Below, piece after piece: positions 19,473-28,730 of a stretch of 64,000 nt of DNA. Position 1 is the stretch's first letter. Each line of letters starts with the position of its first letter. The notes below the pieces were generated by a model that saw nothing but the letters and a program-made list of their open reading frames with translations, searched no databases and was not told the DNA's origin. The DNA lies in contig CAZMYU010000002.1 in the NCBI GenBank assembly GCA_964570655.1, forward strand, positions 11,367-75,366, in the 5' to 3' direction. A program made the translations under genes and the position numbers. Source of the DNA: an uncultured Gammaproteobacteria bacterium. Its GTDB lineage: Bacteria > Patescibacteriota > Patescibacteriia > Patescibacteriales > UBA12465.

Positions 19473-20848
19473 AAAAAATTATCATTATAATTTTGATTGT
19501 TTTCGCTCTGGGGATTTTTTTGCCAGTAGAAGCTGCTAGTTTGTCTGGTAAAATACTGCTACAAACCGAGGATCGCGGGCAAGCCTGGTATGTAAGTCCA
19601 TTAAATAATCAAAGATATTATCTGGGGACTTCTACTTCGGCTTTTAATGTTTTCAAAAAATTGAGTTTGGGAATTACTAATCGTGATTTTTATCGAGCCG
19701 CTATTTATAAACCAGCTCGGCTGGCCGGACAGATTCTTCTTAAAGTTCAGGATCGTGGGCAATTGTATTATATTGAGCCCAAGACTTATAATTTTTATCA
19801 AATCAAAAATGCCGAAGAAGCCGACAAATTGATTAAGCGTTATGGGGTGGGAGCAACTAATAATGATTTGGCTAAAGCCACCATCAACAAACTTAATTTG
19901 CCCGCTGATTTTTATACGAAAGCGAACACTAGTTCAACTACAGCGGCTAGCTCTAGTAATTTAACAGCTGATCAAAAATTATTACATTTCACTTGGAAGT
20001 ATAAAAATCGTCCTTTTTATTTAAACTTGGTATTGAGCACTAGTCTTTATAATCAATATAAAAATGCGGACAAATTCTTGTCTTATCCAGAAAATCAGCC
20101 TCCGGAAAATATTCGTAATAGTTTTTACGATATTTTCTTGCAAGAAAAAACTGGTGATAGCACTCTGGCCACAGTGGCTAGCAGATTAAAGGCGATTGCG
20201 GCCAGTCAAGGTTTTAGTGCTGATGAAACTGTTGAATTTGTCATGGCTATGGTGCAATTTATGCCTTATGATACTAGTAAAGAGATTGCCAAAAATCAAT
20301 TAAATTTTCCTTACGAAACTTTGTATCTAAACAAAGGGGTTTGCTCAGACAAAACTTTTTTGGGTTTAGCTTTGCTACGTCAAATGGGTTATGGCGCTGT
20401 TGTTTTTGATTATCCTAGTAGTAATCATGCAGCAGTGGCTGTCCAGTGTCCACTGGAGCTCTCTACGCATGGCTCTGGTTATTGTTATATTGAAACTACT
20501 AATTATTTTCCGATTGGTTTGGTTCCAGAGGCTTTGGCCTCTGGTCAGGCCGAAACTCCTGATGATTTGAGCGATGTTTTTAGCGATACTAGCTTGGGTG
20601 CTTATGAGTCTTATCAAACCACCACTGGGCTGGTCTATAATGGTATTGCCTCCACTACTGATACTATTAATGAATTGAAAATACTCCGCCAGGGAATTGA
20701 TAGTCTAAATACTGAATTAGAAACTCTGAAAACTCAGATTAATAGTGGCAGTTCGAATTTGATTGCTGATTATAATTCTCAATATAGCTTATACTCACAA
20801 AAAATCGATTATTATAACGCTAAACTGAAAAACCTTTATCAACAATAA
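19469..20848 (+). CDS. secreted protein with two tandem N-terminal repeats and transglutaminase-like Cys/His core, C-terminal coiled coil
   Basis: signal peptide; repeats '(G)KILLQTEDRGQAWYV' / 'GQILLKVQDRGQLYYI'; 'GVCSDKTFLGLALLRQMGY...NHAAVAV'. Confidence 0.45.
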   Translation: MKKIIIIILIVFALGIFLPVEAASLSGKILLQTEDRGQAWYVSPLNNQRYYLGTSTSAFNVFKKLSLGITNRDFYRAAIYKPARLAGQILLKVQDRGQLYYIEPKTYNFYQIKNAEEADKLIKRYGVGATNNDLAKATINKLNLPADFYTKANTSSTTAASSSNLTADQKLLHFTWKYKNRPFYLNLVLSTSLYNQYKNADKFLSYPENQPPENIRNSFYDIFLQEKTGDSTLATVASRLKAIAASQGFSADETVEFVMAMVQFMPYDTSKEIAKNQLNFPYETLYLNKGVCSDKTFLGLALLRQMGYGAVVFDYPSSNHAAVAVQCPLELSTHGSGYCYIETTNYFPIGLVPEALASGQAETPDDLSDVFSDTSLGAYESYQTTTGLVYNGIASTTDTINELKILRQGIDSLNTELETLKTQINSGSSNLIADYNSQYSLYSQKIDYYNAKLKNLYQQ

Positions 20849-20850
20849 AA

Positions 20851-20887
20851 TCTGGGGTCTGACCCCAGATGGGGTCAGACCCCATCT
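20851..20887 (+). terminator. 13-bp perfect hairpin ggggtctgacccc-agat-ggggtcagacccc
   Basis: directly seen; arms are each self-palindromic. Confidence 0.5.
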
Positions 20888-20915
20888 TGACATTTTGGCT
20901 CTAATAATTTATTAT
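20887..20915 (+). promoter_or_regulatory. sigma70-like promoter TTGACA-17-TATTAT upstream of rpsB
   Basis: consensus hexamers with 17-nt spacer. Confidence 0.45.
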
Positions 20916-20994
20916 AAACCCAGAGGTTTTGGCCTCTTTTATTAATTAATAAAACATCACATTTCCGATTTTTCTTCCCTGAAAGGGGCCGGAA

Positions 20995-21708
20995 ATGGGC
21001 GTTAAAAAGAAAATTATGTCTAAATTAGGTATTGAAGAGCTTTTTAAAGCTGGGGCGCATTTTGGGCACCGGACTAACCGCTGGCATCCTAAGATGAAGC
21101 CTTTTATTTTTAGCTCAAAAAAGGGGGTCTATGTTATTAATTTGAACAAGACCCAAGAGATGCTGGACTCAGCTTTGGAATATATGACTAGGCTAGTTCA
21201 AGAAGAAAAGACTATTTTGTTCGTGGGTACCAAGAATCAAGTGAAAAAAACCTTAGAAGACACGGCCAAAGATATTAATATGCCGTATGTTTCTGGAAAA
21301 TGGTTGGGCGGTTATTTGACCAACTTTGCGGTGATTAAAAAATCTATCAAAAAATATCAGGACCTAGTGATGATGAGAGAAAGTGGTAAGATGGACAAAT
21401 ACAAAAAGAAAGAACGTTTAAATATTGATCGCGAGATCAAAAGACTAGAAGCTCGCTTGGGCGGACTAGTCAACTTGAATAAATTGCCAGACGCTATGTT
21501 TGTCTGGGATATCAAGGAAGAGTCCACGGCCATCGTAGAGGCTAATAAAAAGAATATTCCCATTATTGCTGTTTGCGATACCAATGTTAATCCGGATTTA
21601 GTAAAGTATCCAATTCCGGCCAATGATGATTCTTCCAAAACTGTGAAATTAATTTTGGGAGCGGTCAAAGAAGCGGTTTTGGCCGCGAAAGCAACTAAAA
21701 AAGAATAA
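20995..21708 (+). CDS. rpsB: 30S ribosomal protein S2
   Basis: 'LFKAGAHFGHRTNRWHPKM' S2 signature (alternative start at 21016 possible). Confidence 0.9.
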   Translation: MGVKKKIMSKLGIEELFKAGAHFGHRTNRWHPKMKPFIFSSKKGVYVINLNKTQEMLDSALEYMTRLVQEEKTILFVGTKNQVKKTLEDTAKDINMPYVSGKWLGGYLTNFAVIKKSIKKYQDLVMMRESGKMDKYKKKERLNIDREIKRLEARLGGLVNLNKLPDAMFVWDIKEESTAIVEANKKNIPIIAVCDTNVNPDLVKYPIPANDDSSKTVKLILGAVKEAVLAAKATKKE

Positions 21709-21715
21709 AAATAAT

Positions 21716-22510
21716 ATGGAACAAATAAAATTATTACGTGAAAAAACTGGAGCCGGGATGGTGGACTGCAAAAAAGCTCTAGATGAATCTGGCGGTGATT
21801 TAGATAAAGCCGTAGAAATTTTACGAAAAAAAGGAATCGCTAAAGCCTCCAAACGAAGCGATCGCGAAGCGCGGGAAGGCGTGGTGATGGTGGCGGTAAA
21901 TAGCGAGGGAACCGAAGGCTATATCATGGAGATAAACGCCGAAACTGATTTCGTTGCCAAAAACGAAAAGTTTTTAGGTTTGGCTCAACAGATTTTTGAA
22001 TTGATCAAAACCAAGAAACCAGCGAGCTTAGAAGCATTGTTGGCCGAAACTATTGATGGTCTTAGCGTGGCTGATAGTTTGGCGAATCTCAGCGGAACTA
22101 TTGGTGAAAAAATGGAATTAAAAGATTTTGCTATAGTCAGCGGCCCTAGCGTAGCTGTTTATTCTCATTTGGGTGGTAAGATTGGCGCGGTTGTAGCTCT
22201 AGATCAGGCTGGACAAGCTAATTTGGCTGTAGACATGGCTATGCAAGTAGCAGCCGCTAATCCTAAATATTTAAATGTTGAAGATGTTCCAGCAGAAGAG
22301 GTCAATAAAGAAAAAGACATTTATCGTGAACAATTACTAAAAGAAGGCAAACCCGAGGCGATGCTTGATAAAATTGCTGAAGGTAAGCTGGGAAAATATT
22401 ACTCCGAAGTTTGTTTGGTCAAACAGGAATACATCAAGGATGACAAGCAGACTGTTGAACAGATTTTGAAAGGCATCAAGATTCAAAAGTTTGTTCGCTA
22501 CTCTCTATAA
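21716..22510 (+). CDS. tsf: elongation factor Ts
   Basis: 'LREKTGAGMVDCKKAL' EF-Ts N-terminal UBA-like signature; rpsB-tsf order. Confidence 0.9.
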   Translation: MEQIKLLREKTGAGMVDCKKALDESGGDLDKAVEILRKKGIAKASKRSDREAREGVVMVAVNSEGTEGYIMEINAETDFVAKNEKFLGLAQQIFELIKTKKPASLEALLAETIDGLSVADSLANLSGTIGEKMELKDFAIVSGPSVAVYSHLGGKIGAVVALDQAGQANLAVDMAMQVAAANPKYLNVEDVPAEEVNKEKDIYREQLLKEGKPEAMLDKIAEGKLGKYYSEVCLVKQEYIKDDKQTVEQILKGIKIQKFVRYSL

Positions 22511-22529
22511 TTATTTATAATTCATTATT

Positions 22530-23348
22530 ATGCATTTAGCTCAAGTCCAATTTTCGGCCTGGGATAAAAAGTATTCTTTTTATTTCGAAGATTTAGAATT
22601 AAAAGAAGGCGACCAGGTCGTGGTAGACACTGAGTTGGGTTTGGAATTGGGCCAGGTGTCAGGAATTTCTGAAGGTCCAGATGAAGCCCCAGAAATAAAA
22701 CCGGTAGTTCGTTTGGCGACTGCCTCGGATTTGTCTAAGGTTAATAATAAAAAATTAAAAAAAGAAGCTCTTAATTTTTGTTTGGATCTCATCAAAAAAT
22801 ACGATTTACCTATGAAGCTGGTGGACGTTCGTTTGTCGCTCAGTGGTTCTCGGCTCAATTTTGCTTTTGCCGCTGAAGGTCGGGTTGATTTCCGGCAACT
22901 AGTCAAAGATTTAACCACTCATTTTAATACGGCTATTCGGCTTACTCAAATTGGGGCTCGAGATGAGGCCCGAGTCAATGGCGATTGTGGACATTGCGGA
23001 CAAAATTTGTGTTGCCGGGGATTTATCAAGGAATTCTCTTCTATTAGTTCCGAGATGGCTGAAGGTCAGCAAGTAGTGCATCGCGGTAGTGATCGGATTT
23101 CGGGGATGTGCGGTCGGCTGATGTGTTGCCTGGCTTATGAATATGATGGATATCAGGAAATGGCCAAAAAACTTCCGCCTCTAGGAGCTAAAGTGAATGT
23201 GGATGGTCGGCGCGGAGAAGTTATCGGTCATCACGTGCTCAAGCAGTCAGTAGATGTGAAATTTAAAGGGGACAAGGATGGAGATTACGTAGTTGCCGAA
23301 GTAGACTTAAATCGACATAATAAAAAAGATAAAAAAATCGCCCAGTAA
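22530..23348 (+). CDS. PSP1 C-terminal domain protein (YaaT/RicT-like)
   Basis: PSP1-like N-region + Cys-rich 'CGHCGQNLCCRGF...CGRLMCCLAYE'. Confidence 0.65.
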   Translation: MHLAQVQFSAWDKKYSFYFEDLELKEGDQVVVDTELGLELGQVSGISEGPDEAPEIKPVVRLATASDLSKVNNKKLKKEALNFCLDLIKKYDLPMKLVDVRLSLSGSRLNFAFAAEGRVDFRQLVKDLTTHFNTAIRLTQIGARDEARVNGDCGHCGQNLCCRGFIKEFSSISSEMAEGQQVVHRGSDRISGMCGRLMCCLAYEYDGYQEMAKKLPPLGAKVNVDGRRGEVIGHHVLKQSVDVKFKGDKDGDYVVAEVDLNRHNKKDKKIAQ

Positions 23349-23377
23349 GGCGATTTTTTGTTGTTGCCAGAAGGGAT

Positions 23378-23525
23378 AAACCCGTCAGGGGGTGTTTTGG
23401 AGCGCATACGGTTTTGTAGAGGGAAATAAATTTGGAGCCAGGCTCCAATTGAGCCAGGAGCCTGGCTCCAAATTTATTTCCCCACAGAAATCGTCTAAGC
23501 GGAAAAATACGCCCCTGACGGGTTT
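23378..23525. repeat. ~148-bp nested palindrome (outer 14-bp IR 'aaacccgtcagggg', inner perfect 26-bp IR 'gggaaataaatttggagccaggctcc')
   Basis: inverted repeats verified by reverse-complementing; mirror-image 61-aa ORFs on both strands are artefacts. Confidence 0.5.
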
Positions 23526-23603
23526 TTTAAGGAAATGCCCGCCAGTATTTTTCCTTTTGCTTAAATTTATGATATAATTTTATTGTATTATTAAATTATT
23601 ATA

Positions 23604-23633
23604 AACCTGGATCCTGGCCTTCGCCAGGATGAC
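23604..23633. repeat. 29-nt element 'acctggatcctggccttcgccaggatgaca' (copy 1; exact copy at 52441..52469); 8-bp hairpin atcctggc/gccaggat
   Basis: exact duplicate found by eye in two intergenic regions. Confidence 0.5.
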
Positions 23634-23648
23634 AATTAAAATAACTTT

Positions 23649-24659
23649 ATGATTAATCTAGCCATTAATGGTTTTGGTCGTATCGGCCGAGCCGCTTGTA
23701 AGATAATTTTGGATGAGCATAAAAATATAAATTTGGTAGCCGTTAACGATCTCACCGATACTGCTACTTTGGCTCATTTACTCAAATACGATTCCTGTTA
23801 TGGTCAGTATAAAAAAGAGATCAAATCAGACAAAAATCATGTCATTATTGGAAGCAAAAAGATTTTGGTACTCGCTGAAAAAGATCCCAGCCTTTTGCCT
23901 TGGAAAGATTTGAAGATTGACGTGGTTTTGGAATGTACCGGTCGCTTTACCAATAAGGAGGGTTTAATGAATCATATCAAAGCCGGAGCTCGCAAAGTAA
24001 TTTTATCGGCTCCAGCCAAGGGAAAGGAAGATCACGTGAAGACAGTAGTTTTGGGAGTTAATGAAAAGAGTATTAAAAAAACTGACAAAATGTTGTCTTG
24101 TGCTTCTTGTACTACCAATTGTTTGGCGCCGGTCGCCGAGATTGTTCGGAAAAATTTTGGGATCAAAAAAGCCATTATGACCACTGTTCATTCCTATACT
24201 GCTGATCAAAATCTCGTGGATGGACCACACAAAGATTTGCGTCGAGCTAGAGGCGCCGCTATTAATATTATTCCGACGACCACTGGGGCGGCGATAGCTA
24301 CGACTGAAACTATTCCGAGTTTAAAAAATAAATTTGATGGTTTGTCGGTTCGGGTGCCCACTCCAGTTGGATCTTTATGCGACATCGTCTTTTTGACTAG
24401 CAAAAAAGTGACCCCTGAGAAAGTTAGCGCTGTATTTAAAAAAGCCGCCAAAACTGCCTATTATCAAAAATTAATTTTGGCCAGTGATTTACCTCTAGTT
24501 TCTACTGATATTATTGGTGATGCCCATAGTTCGATCGTTGATCTATCGATGACCAAGGTAGTTGATGGTGATTTGCTCAAAATTGTCGCCTGGTATGATA
24601 ATGAATGGGGTTATTCTAATCGACTAGTAGAGCTAGCTGAACATTTTGCTAAAATGTAA
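23649..24659 (+). CDS. gap: glyceraldehyde-3-phosphate dehydrogenase
   Basis: 'NGFGRIGR' NAD-binding, 'SCTTNCLAP' active site. Confidence 0.9.
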   Translation: MINLAINGFGRIGRAACKIILDEHKNINLVAVNDLTDTATLAHLLKYDSCYGQYKKEIKSDKNHVIIGSKKILVLAEKDPSLLPWKDLKIDVVLECTGRFTNKEGLMNHIKAGARKVILSAPAKGKEDHVKTVVLGVNEKSIKKTDKMLSCASCTTNCLAPVAEIVRKNFGIKKAIMTTVHSYTADQNLVDGPHKDLRRARGAAINIIPTTTGAAIATTETIPSLKNKFDGLSVRVPTPVGSLCDIVFLTSKKVTPEKVSAVFKKAAKTAYYQKLILASDLPLVSTDIIGDAHSSIVDLSMTKVVDGDLLKIVAWYDNEWGYSNRLVELAEHFAKM

Positions 24660-24840
24660 AAGCTTTATGGAAATAATTAAAATCCCATTAGCCAAAAGGA
24701 AAAAGGCCATTAATCGAGCGCACCGAGAAATCGAGCTGGAGAATGCGGTGGGTTTCAAATCCAAAGAAGTTGCTCATACTAACAAAAAAAAATATAAACG
24801 TCAGACTAAGCACAAAAAAGGCTGGCAGATTCATGATTAG
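24646..24840 (+). CDS. small very basic hypothetical protein (possible start at 24667)
   Basis: 64-aa K/R-rich ORF in otherwise 186-nt gap; weak. Confidence 0.25.
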   Translation: MLKCKSFMEIIKIPLAKRKKAINRAHREIELENAVGFKSKEVAHTNKKKYKRQTKHKKGWQIHD

Positions 24841-24845
24841 TTTTT

Positions 24846-25847
24846 ATGATTGATATCATTTCTAAAATTAAAAAAGCTGGCCTAGTTGGTCGCGGTGGAG
24901 CGGCCTTTCCAACCGCTATTAAATGGCAGGCCGTTAAAGACGCGACTGGAGTCAAAAAATTTGTCGTTATCAATGGAGCTGAGGGGGAGCCTGGAGTTTT
25001 AAAAGATGGTTATATTATTGAACATTATCCGGATCTGGTACTCACTGGTGCTAAATTAGCTTTGGAGTATTTACGAGCTGACAAAATTTATTTGTATCTC
25101 AAAGATGAATATTATCAGAAAAATAAAAACAAAATAATCAAGACGGCTAAAAGTTTGGGGCTGATAGAAAAGTTAATAATTTTCCCGAAGCCCCATGACG
25201 TTGGTTATATTGGTGGGGAAGAGAGTGCTCTTCTAAATATTATCGAAGGACAAAGAGTCGAGCCACGTAAGCGCCCGCCTTTTCCAACTGTCAGTGGTCT
25301 ATTTGGCTGTCCGACTTTGATTAATAATATCGAAACTTTTTATAATGTGGCTTTAGTGGCAGGCGGTCAATACAAAAATGATCGTTTTTATACTATTGGA
25401 GGCTTGGCGGATAATCCGGGAGTTTATTGTTTGAGTGCTAATTTGAATATGGATCAGGTTTTAAAGATTACGAAAAATTATCCGACCTGGCCTTTTTTTG
25501 TGCAAGTTGGGGGTGATGCCGCTGGAATAGTCTTGAATCGACATCAACTCGATGCTCCGGCTAGCGGAGCAGCTTCCATTACTATTCATCATTTAGACAA
25601 ACATGATCATCTGAAAATGTTTAAATATTGGCTCAAGTTTTTCAAAGACAGCGCTTGTGGCCAGTGTGTGCCAGGACGAGAAGGGACCTATCGTTTGGAG
25701 GAAATGTTTAAAAATAAAATTCCGGATATTTATGCTTTTCAAGATATTTTGGATGACCTCGAGACTTCGGCTTTCTGCGCTTTGTGTGCCGAAGCCCCGA
25801 TTCCTATCAAAAGCTATTTAAAAAATATTATGCATTTAAGAAAATAA
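24846..25847 (+). CDS. NuoF/HydB-like NADH-binding flavoprotein subunit (short, 333 aa)
   Basis: 'GRGGAAFPTAIKW' (NuoF GRGGAGFPTGxKW motif), 'CGQCVPGREGT' 4Fe-4S motif. Confidence 0.7.
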   Translation: MIDIISKIKKAGLVGRGGAAFPTAIKWQAVKDATGVKKFVVINGAEGEPGVLKDGYIIEHYPDLVLTGAKLALEYLRADKIYLYLKDEYYQKNKNKIIKTAKSLGLIEKLIIFPKPHDVGYIGGEESALLNIIEGQRVEPRKRPPFPTVSGLFGCPTLINNIETFYNVALVAGGQYKNDRFYTIGGLADNPGVYCLSANLNMDQVLKITKNYPTWPFFVQVGGDAAGIVLNRHQLDAPASGAASITIHHLDKHDHLKMFKYWLKFFKDSACGQCVPGREGTYRLEEMFKNKIPDIYAFQDILDDLETSAFCALCAEAPIPIKSYLKNIMHLRK

Positions 25848-25857
25848 TAAAAATTTT

Positions 25858-26628
25858 ATGGAAAACACTAACCCGTCCTCGGTGGCTCCAATACCAACCA
25901 TAAAGGACTACAACTTGAATCTCCGAGGAATTGGAGACCTAATGAGAGATGCTATCAAAACATACAAAAATAATTGGAAAAAATTTGTAACCCTTATGCT
26001 CTTGGGTTTTCTTTCCTCAGTTCCTTATTTGGTGCTCACTATGATTGTGGGCGTTGAAGGCAAAGATATTTCGGCTCTTTGGTTTTTGTTAATTTTTGTC
26101 TTGTTTTTGGTGACTTTTTATTTTTCCGTTAGGATCCAAGCGGCTATTTTGTTTATTATTAAAGACGAAAAATTAACTTGGAAGCTGGCCTTTATTGCCG
26201 GTCGAAAATATTTTTGGCGAATAGTAGGTTTGACTCTTTTGACCTTTCTGTTTATTTTTCTATGGAGTTTGTTGTTTATAATTCCAGGATTAATTTTTGC
26301 CATTTTTTATTGCCTGGCTTCTTATATCTTGATTAATGAAGATTTGGGTGGTCGAAAGGCCATCAAAAGAAGTCGCCAGCTGATCAAGGGATTTTGGTGG
26401 GCGGTTTTTGCTCGTTTACTGCTATTATTTTTGATTCTCTTTATAGTTATGATGATTTTGTCTATTCCCACAGCCTTGCTTAATATGGTAGCTGTTTGGC
26501 TGGGTTCGGCTTATGCGATATTGGTAAATTTGGTGATTATGATGATTACGCCGGCAATTATGGTCTATATGTTTTTGATTTATAAAGATCTAAAAACTAT
26601 TAAAGATACTCCGGTAACTATCAAATAA
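25858..26628 (+). CDS. polytopic integral membrane protein of unknown function
   Basis: ~6 hydrophobic spans; located between hydB-like and hydA. Confidence 0.5.
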   Translation: MENTNPSSVAPIPTIKDYNLNLRGIGDLMRDAIKTYKNNWKKFVTLMLLGFLSSVPYLVLTMIVGVEGKDISALWFLLIFVLFLVTFYFSVRIQAAILFIIKDEKLTWKLAFIAGRKYFWRIVGLTLLTFLFIFLWSLLFIIPGLIFAIFYCLASYILINEDLGGRKAIKRSRQLIKGFWWAVFARLLLLFLILFIVMMILSIPTALLNMVAVWLGSAYAILVNLVIMMITPAIMVYMFLIYKDLKTIKDTPVTIK

Positions 26629-28338
26629 ATGCCCAAAAAATTAGCTATTAAAATTGATGGACGCAAATTTTTGGTTTTAGAAGGCCAAACTATTTTGGAC
26701 GTGGCCAAGGCCAATAAAATTTTTATTCCCGAACTATGTTTTCATCCCGATTTGGAGGTCAAAGCTAATTGTCGAGTTTGCGTGGTAGAAGTCCTTGGTC
26801 AAAAGAGACTGATGACGGCTTGTTCGACCAAGGTCCAAGCGGGCATGGAAATTTTGACTAATTCGCCCAAAGTGCAAAGCGCTCGAGATTTGAATTTGGA
26901 ATTATTGTTTGCCGAGCACGAAGAAAAATGTGCGACCTGTACTTTGCGTTATCAGTGCGCTCTCTTAGACTTGGCCAAACGTTATCGGATCAAGGTGTCT
27001 CGTTTTAAGGATCGCAAAGGTCAAAGGGTGACTCATAAATTTGCTAATTCGGTGGAAATTGATGGGAGTCAATGCATTGATTGTCGCAATTGTGTGGATG
27101 TTTGTAAAAATGTTCAGAGCATTGATTACTTGGAGATAAAAGGGCGGGGAACAAATCAAGAGATTTGTCCGACTACTAATCCGGATATCGATTGCATTTA
27201 TTGCGGTCAATGTGCTTTGCATTGTCCGGTCGCTTCAGCCCAAGAACAGGATGAATGGGCGCAGGTAGAAAAAGTTTTGTTGGATAAAAACAAGATTGTG
27301 GTGGCTCAATTTGCGCCATCAGTGCGGGTGACTATTGGTGAGGAGTTTGGTATTCCCTATGGCGCTGAGTCCACCGGCAAGACAGTGACGGCTCTAAAGC
27401 AATTGGGATTTCAATATGTTTTTGATGTTAATTTTGGGGCCGATATTACTACTATGGTGGAAGCACAGGAATTGCTGGAGCGTTTGGAAGACAAAAAAGC
27501 AGTCTTGCCTATGATTACTTCTTGTTGTCCGGCTTGGGTCAAATATGTGGAGTTTTTTCATCCCGAACTAATTCCTAATCTAACCACTTCGCGGTCACCA
27601 CAGATTCATTTTGGCGGAGCCATCAAAACTTATTGGGCTAATCAGAAAAAAATTAACCCCAAAAAGATTGTGGTGGTTTCAGTGATGCCCTGTACAGCCA
27701 AAAAATTTGAAGCCAAAAGAAAAGAGCTCGCAATTGGCGGTATTTATCCGGTTGATTATGTAATTACCACGCGAGAATTTGCTTATTTGCTTAAGAAAAG
27801 AAATATTGATTTCAAAAAATTAAAACCAACATCTAGTGACAAAATTTTTAATGAAGGTAGTGGCGCCGCGGTTATTTATGGATCTTCCGGTGGAGTTATG
27901 GAGTCGGCCCTACGCACTGCTTATTCTCTGGCTTGTCGTGGAGCTAAAGCTAGGATTTGTTATAATCGGATTGATTTCAAGGAGGTCCGAGGCTTGGGTG
28001 ATTTGCGCGAAGCGGTCATTGATGTGGCTGGTAAGAAACTTAAAGTCGCTGTAGTCAATGGCATTGGCTCAATTGACAAAATATTGCCGAAGCTAAACAA
28101 ATATCATTATATCGAGGTCATGGCTTGTCCGGGAGGTTGTATTGGTGGTGGTGGTCAGCCGATTCCCACGACTGCAGCCATTAGAAAAGAACGAATTATG
28201 GGTTTGTATAAAATTGATAAGTTCAAAGAAATTCGCAAGGCCCATGACAACCTTGATGTGATTGAGGCGCTAAATTGGCTGGAAGTAAATAAATTAAGTC
28301 ATAAAGTTTTACATACTAAATATACTAAAAGAAAGTAA
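26629..28338 (+). CDS. hydA: [FeFe]-hydrogenase catalytic subunit (M3-type)
   Basis: H-cluster motifs 'TSCCPAW', 'MPCTAKK', 'EVMACPGGCIGGGGQP'; 'CIDCRNCVDVC' and 'CIYCGQCALHCP' ferredoxin motifs; 'H..KCATC' His-ligated cluster; N-terminal 2Fe-2S-like Cys. Confidence 0.9.
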   Translation: MPKKLAIKIDGRKFLVLEGQTILDVAKANKIFIPELCFHPDLEVKANCRVCVVEVLGQKRLMTACSTKVQAGMEILTNSPKVQSARDLNLELLFAEHEEKCATCTLRYQCALLDLAKRYRIKVSRFKDRKGQRVTHKFANSVEIDGSQCIDCRNCVDVCKNVQSIDYLEIKGRGTNQEICPTTNPDIDCIYCGQCALHCPVASAQEQDEWAQVEKVLLDKNKIVVAQFAPSVRVTIGEEFGIPYGAESTGKTVTALKQLGFQYVFDVNFGADITTMVEAQELLERLEDKKAVLPMITSCCPAWVKYVEFFHPELIPNLTTSRSPQIHFGGAIKTYWANQKKINPKKIVVVSVMPCTAKKFEAKRKELAIGGIYPVDYVITTREFAYLLKKRNIDFKKLKPTSSDKIFNEGSGAAVIYGSSGGVMESALRTAYSLACRGAKARICYNRIDFKEVRGLGDLREAVIDVAGKKLKVAVVNGIGSIDKILPKLNKYHYIEVMACPGGCIGGGGQPIPTTAAIRKERIMGLYKIDKFKEIRKAHDNLDVIEALNWLEVNKLSHKVLHTKYTKRK

Positions 28339-28446
28339 GTTCAAAGTTCAAATTTCAAATCTCAAAACTGCAACTTAAACCTCAAAGCTATTAGTTTTTG
28401 GTTTTGTGTTGTGGTTTTGATTTTTGCGTTTTGAGTTTTGAATTCC
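28339..28446 (+). repeat. A/C-arm vs G/T-arm hairpin repeat (family copy 2) after hydA
   Basis: 'gttcaaagttcaaatttcaaatctcaaaactgcaacttaaacctcaaagc' / 'tttttggttttgtgttgtggttttgatttttgcgttttgagttttgaattc'. Confidence 0.5.
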
Positions 28447-28453
28447 CAATATT

Positions 28454-28714
28454 ATGAAAAAACATTTATCATCACTGACTATCTTGGTAGAAGATCGTCA
28501 GGCTAATGTGGCCAAATTAAATAAATTATTAACCGATCACGGTCATACCATTTTGTCGCGTTTGGGAGTTAATATCAACAAGACTTGCTTAGAGCATTGC
28601 ATGGGCTTAATTATTTTGGTAGTGGAGGGAACTAGTGATCAGATTCATGAGCTCACCAAGAAGATTTCTAAACTCAAGGGCATGAAGGTCAAGAATTCTA
28701 TTATTACGGAATAA
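28454..28714 (+). CDS. small ACT/ferredoxin-fold-like protein; position suggests TM1266-type putative [FeFe]-hydrogenase system regulator
   Basis: 86 aa, beta-alpha-beta-beta-alpha-beta-like pattern; directly downstream of hydA; assignment by context and size only. Confidence 0.3.
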   Translation: MKKHLSSLTILVEDRQANVAKLNKLLTDHGHTILSRLGVNINKTCLEHCMGLIILVVEGTSDQIHELTKKISKLKGMKVKNSIITE

Positions 28715-28730
28715 TTTTCAAACCAATTTA

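Noticed and set aside
23263-23577. Two mirror-image 61-aa ORFs (both strands) across the 148-bp palindrome
   Set aside because: They are translation artefacts of the inverted repeat (nearly identical peptides 'LQLSQEPGSKFISPQK' / 'MEPGSKFISLYK').
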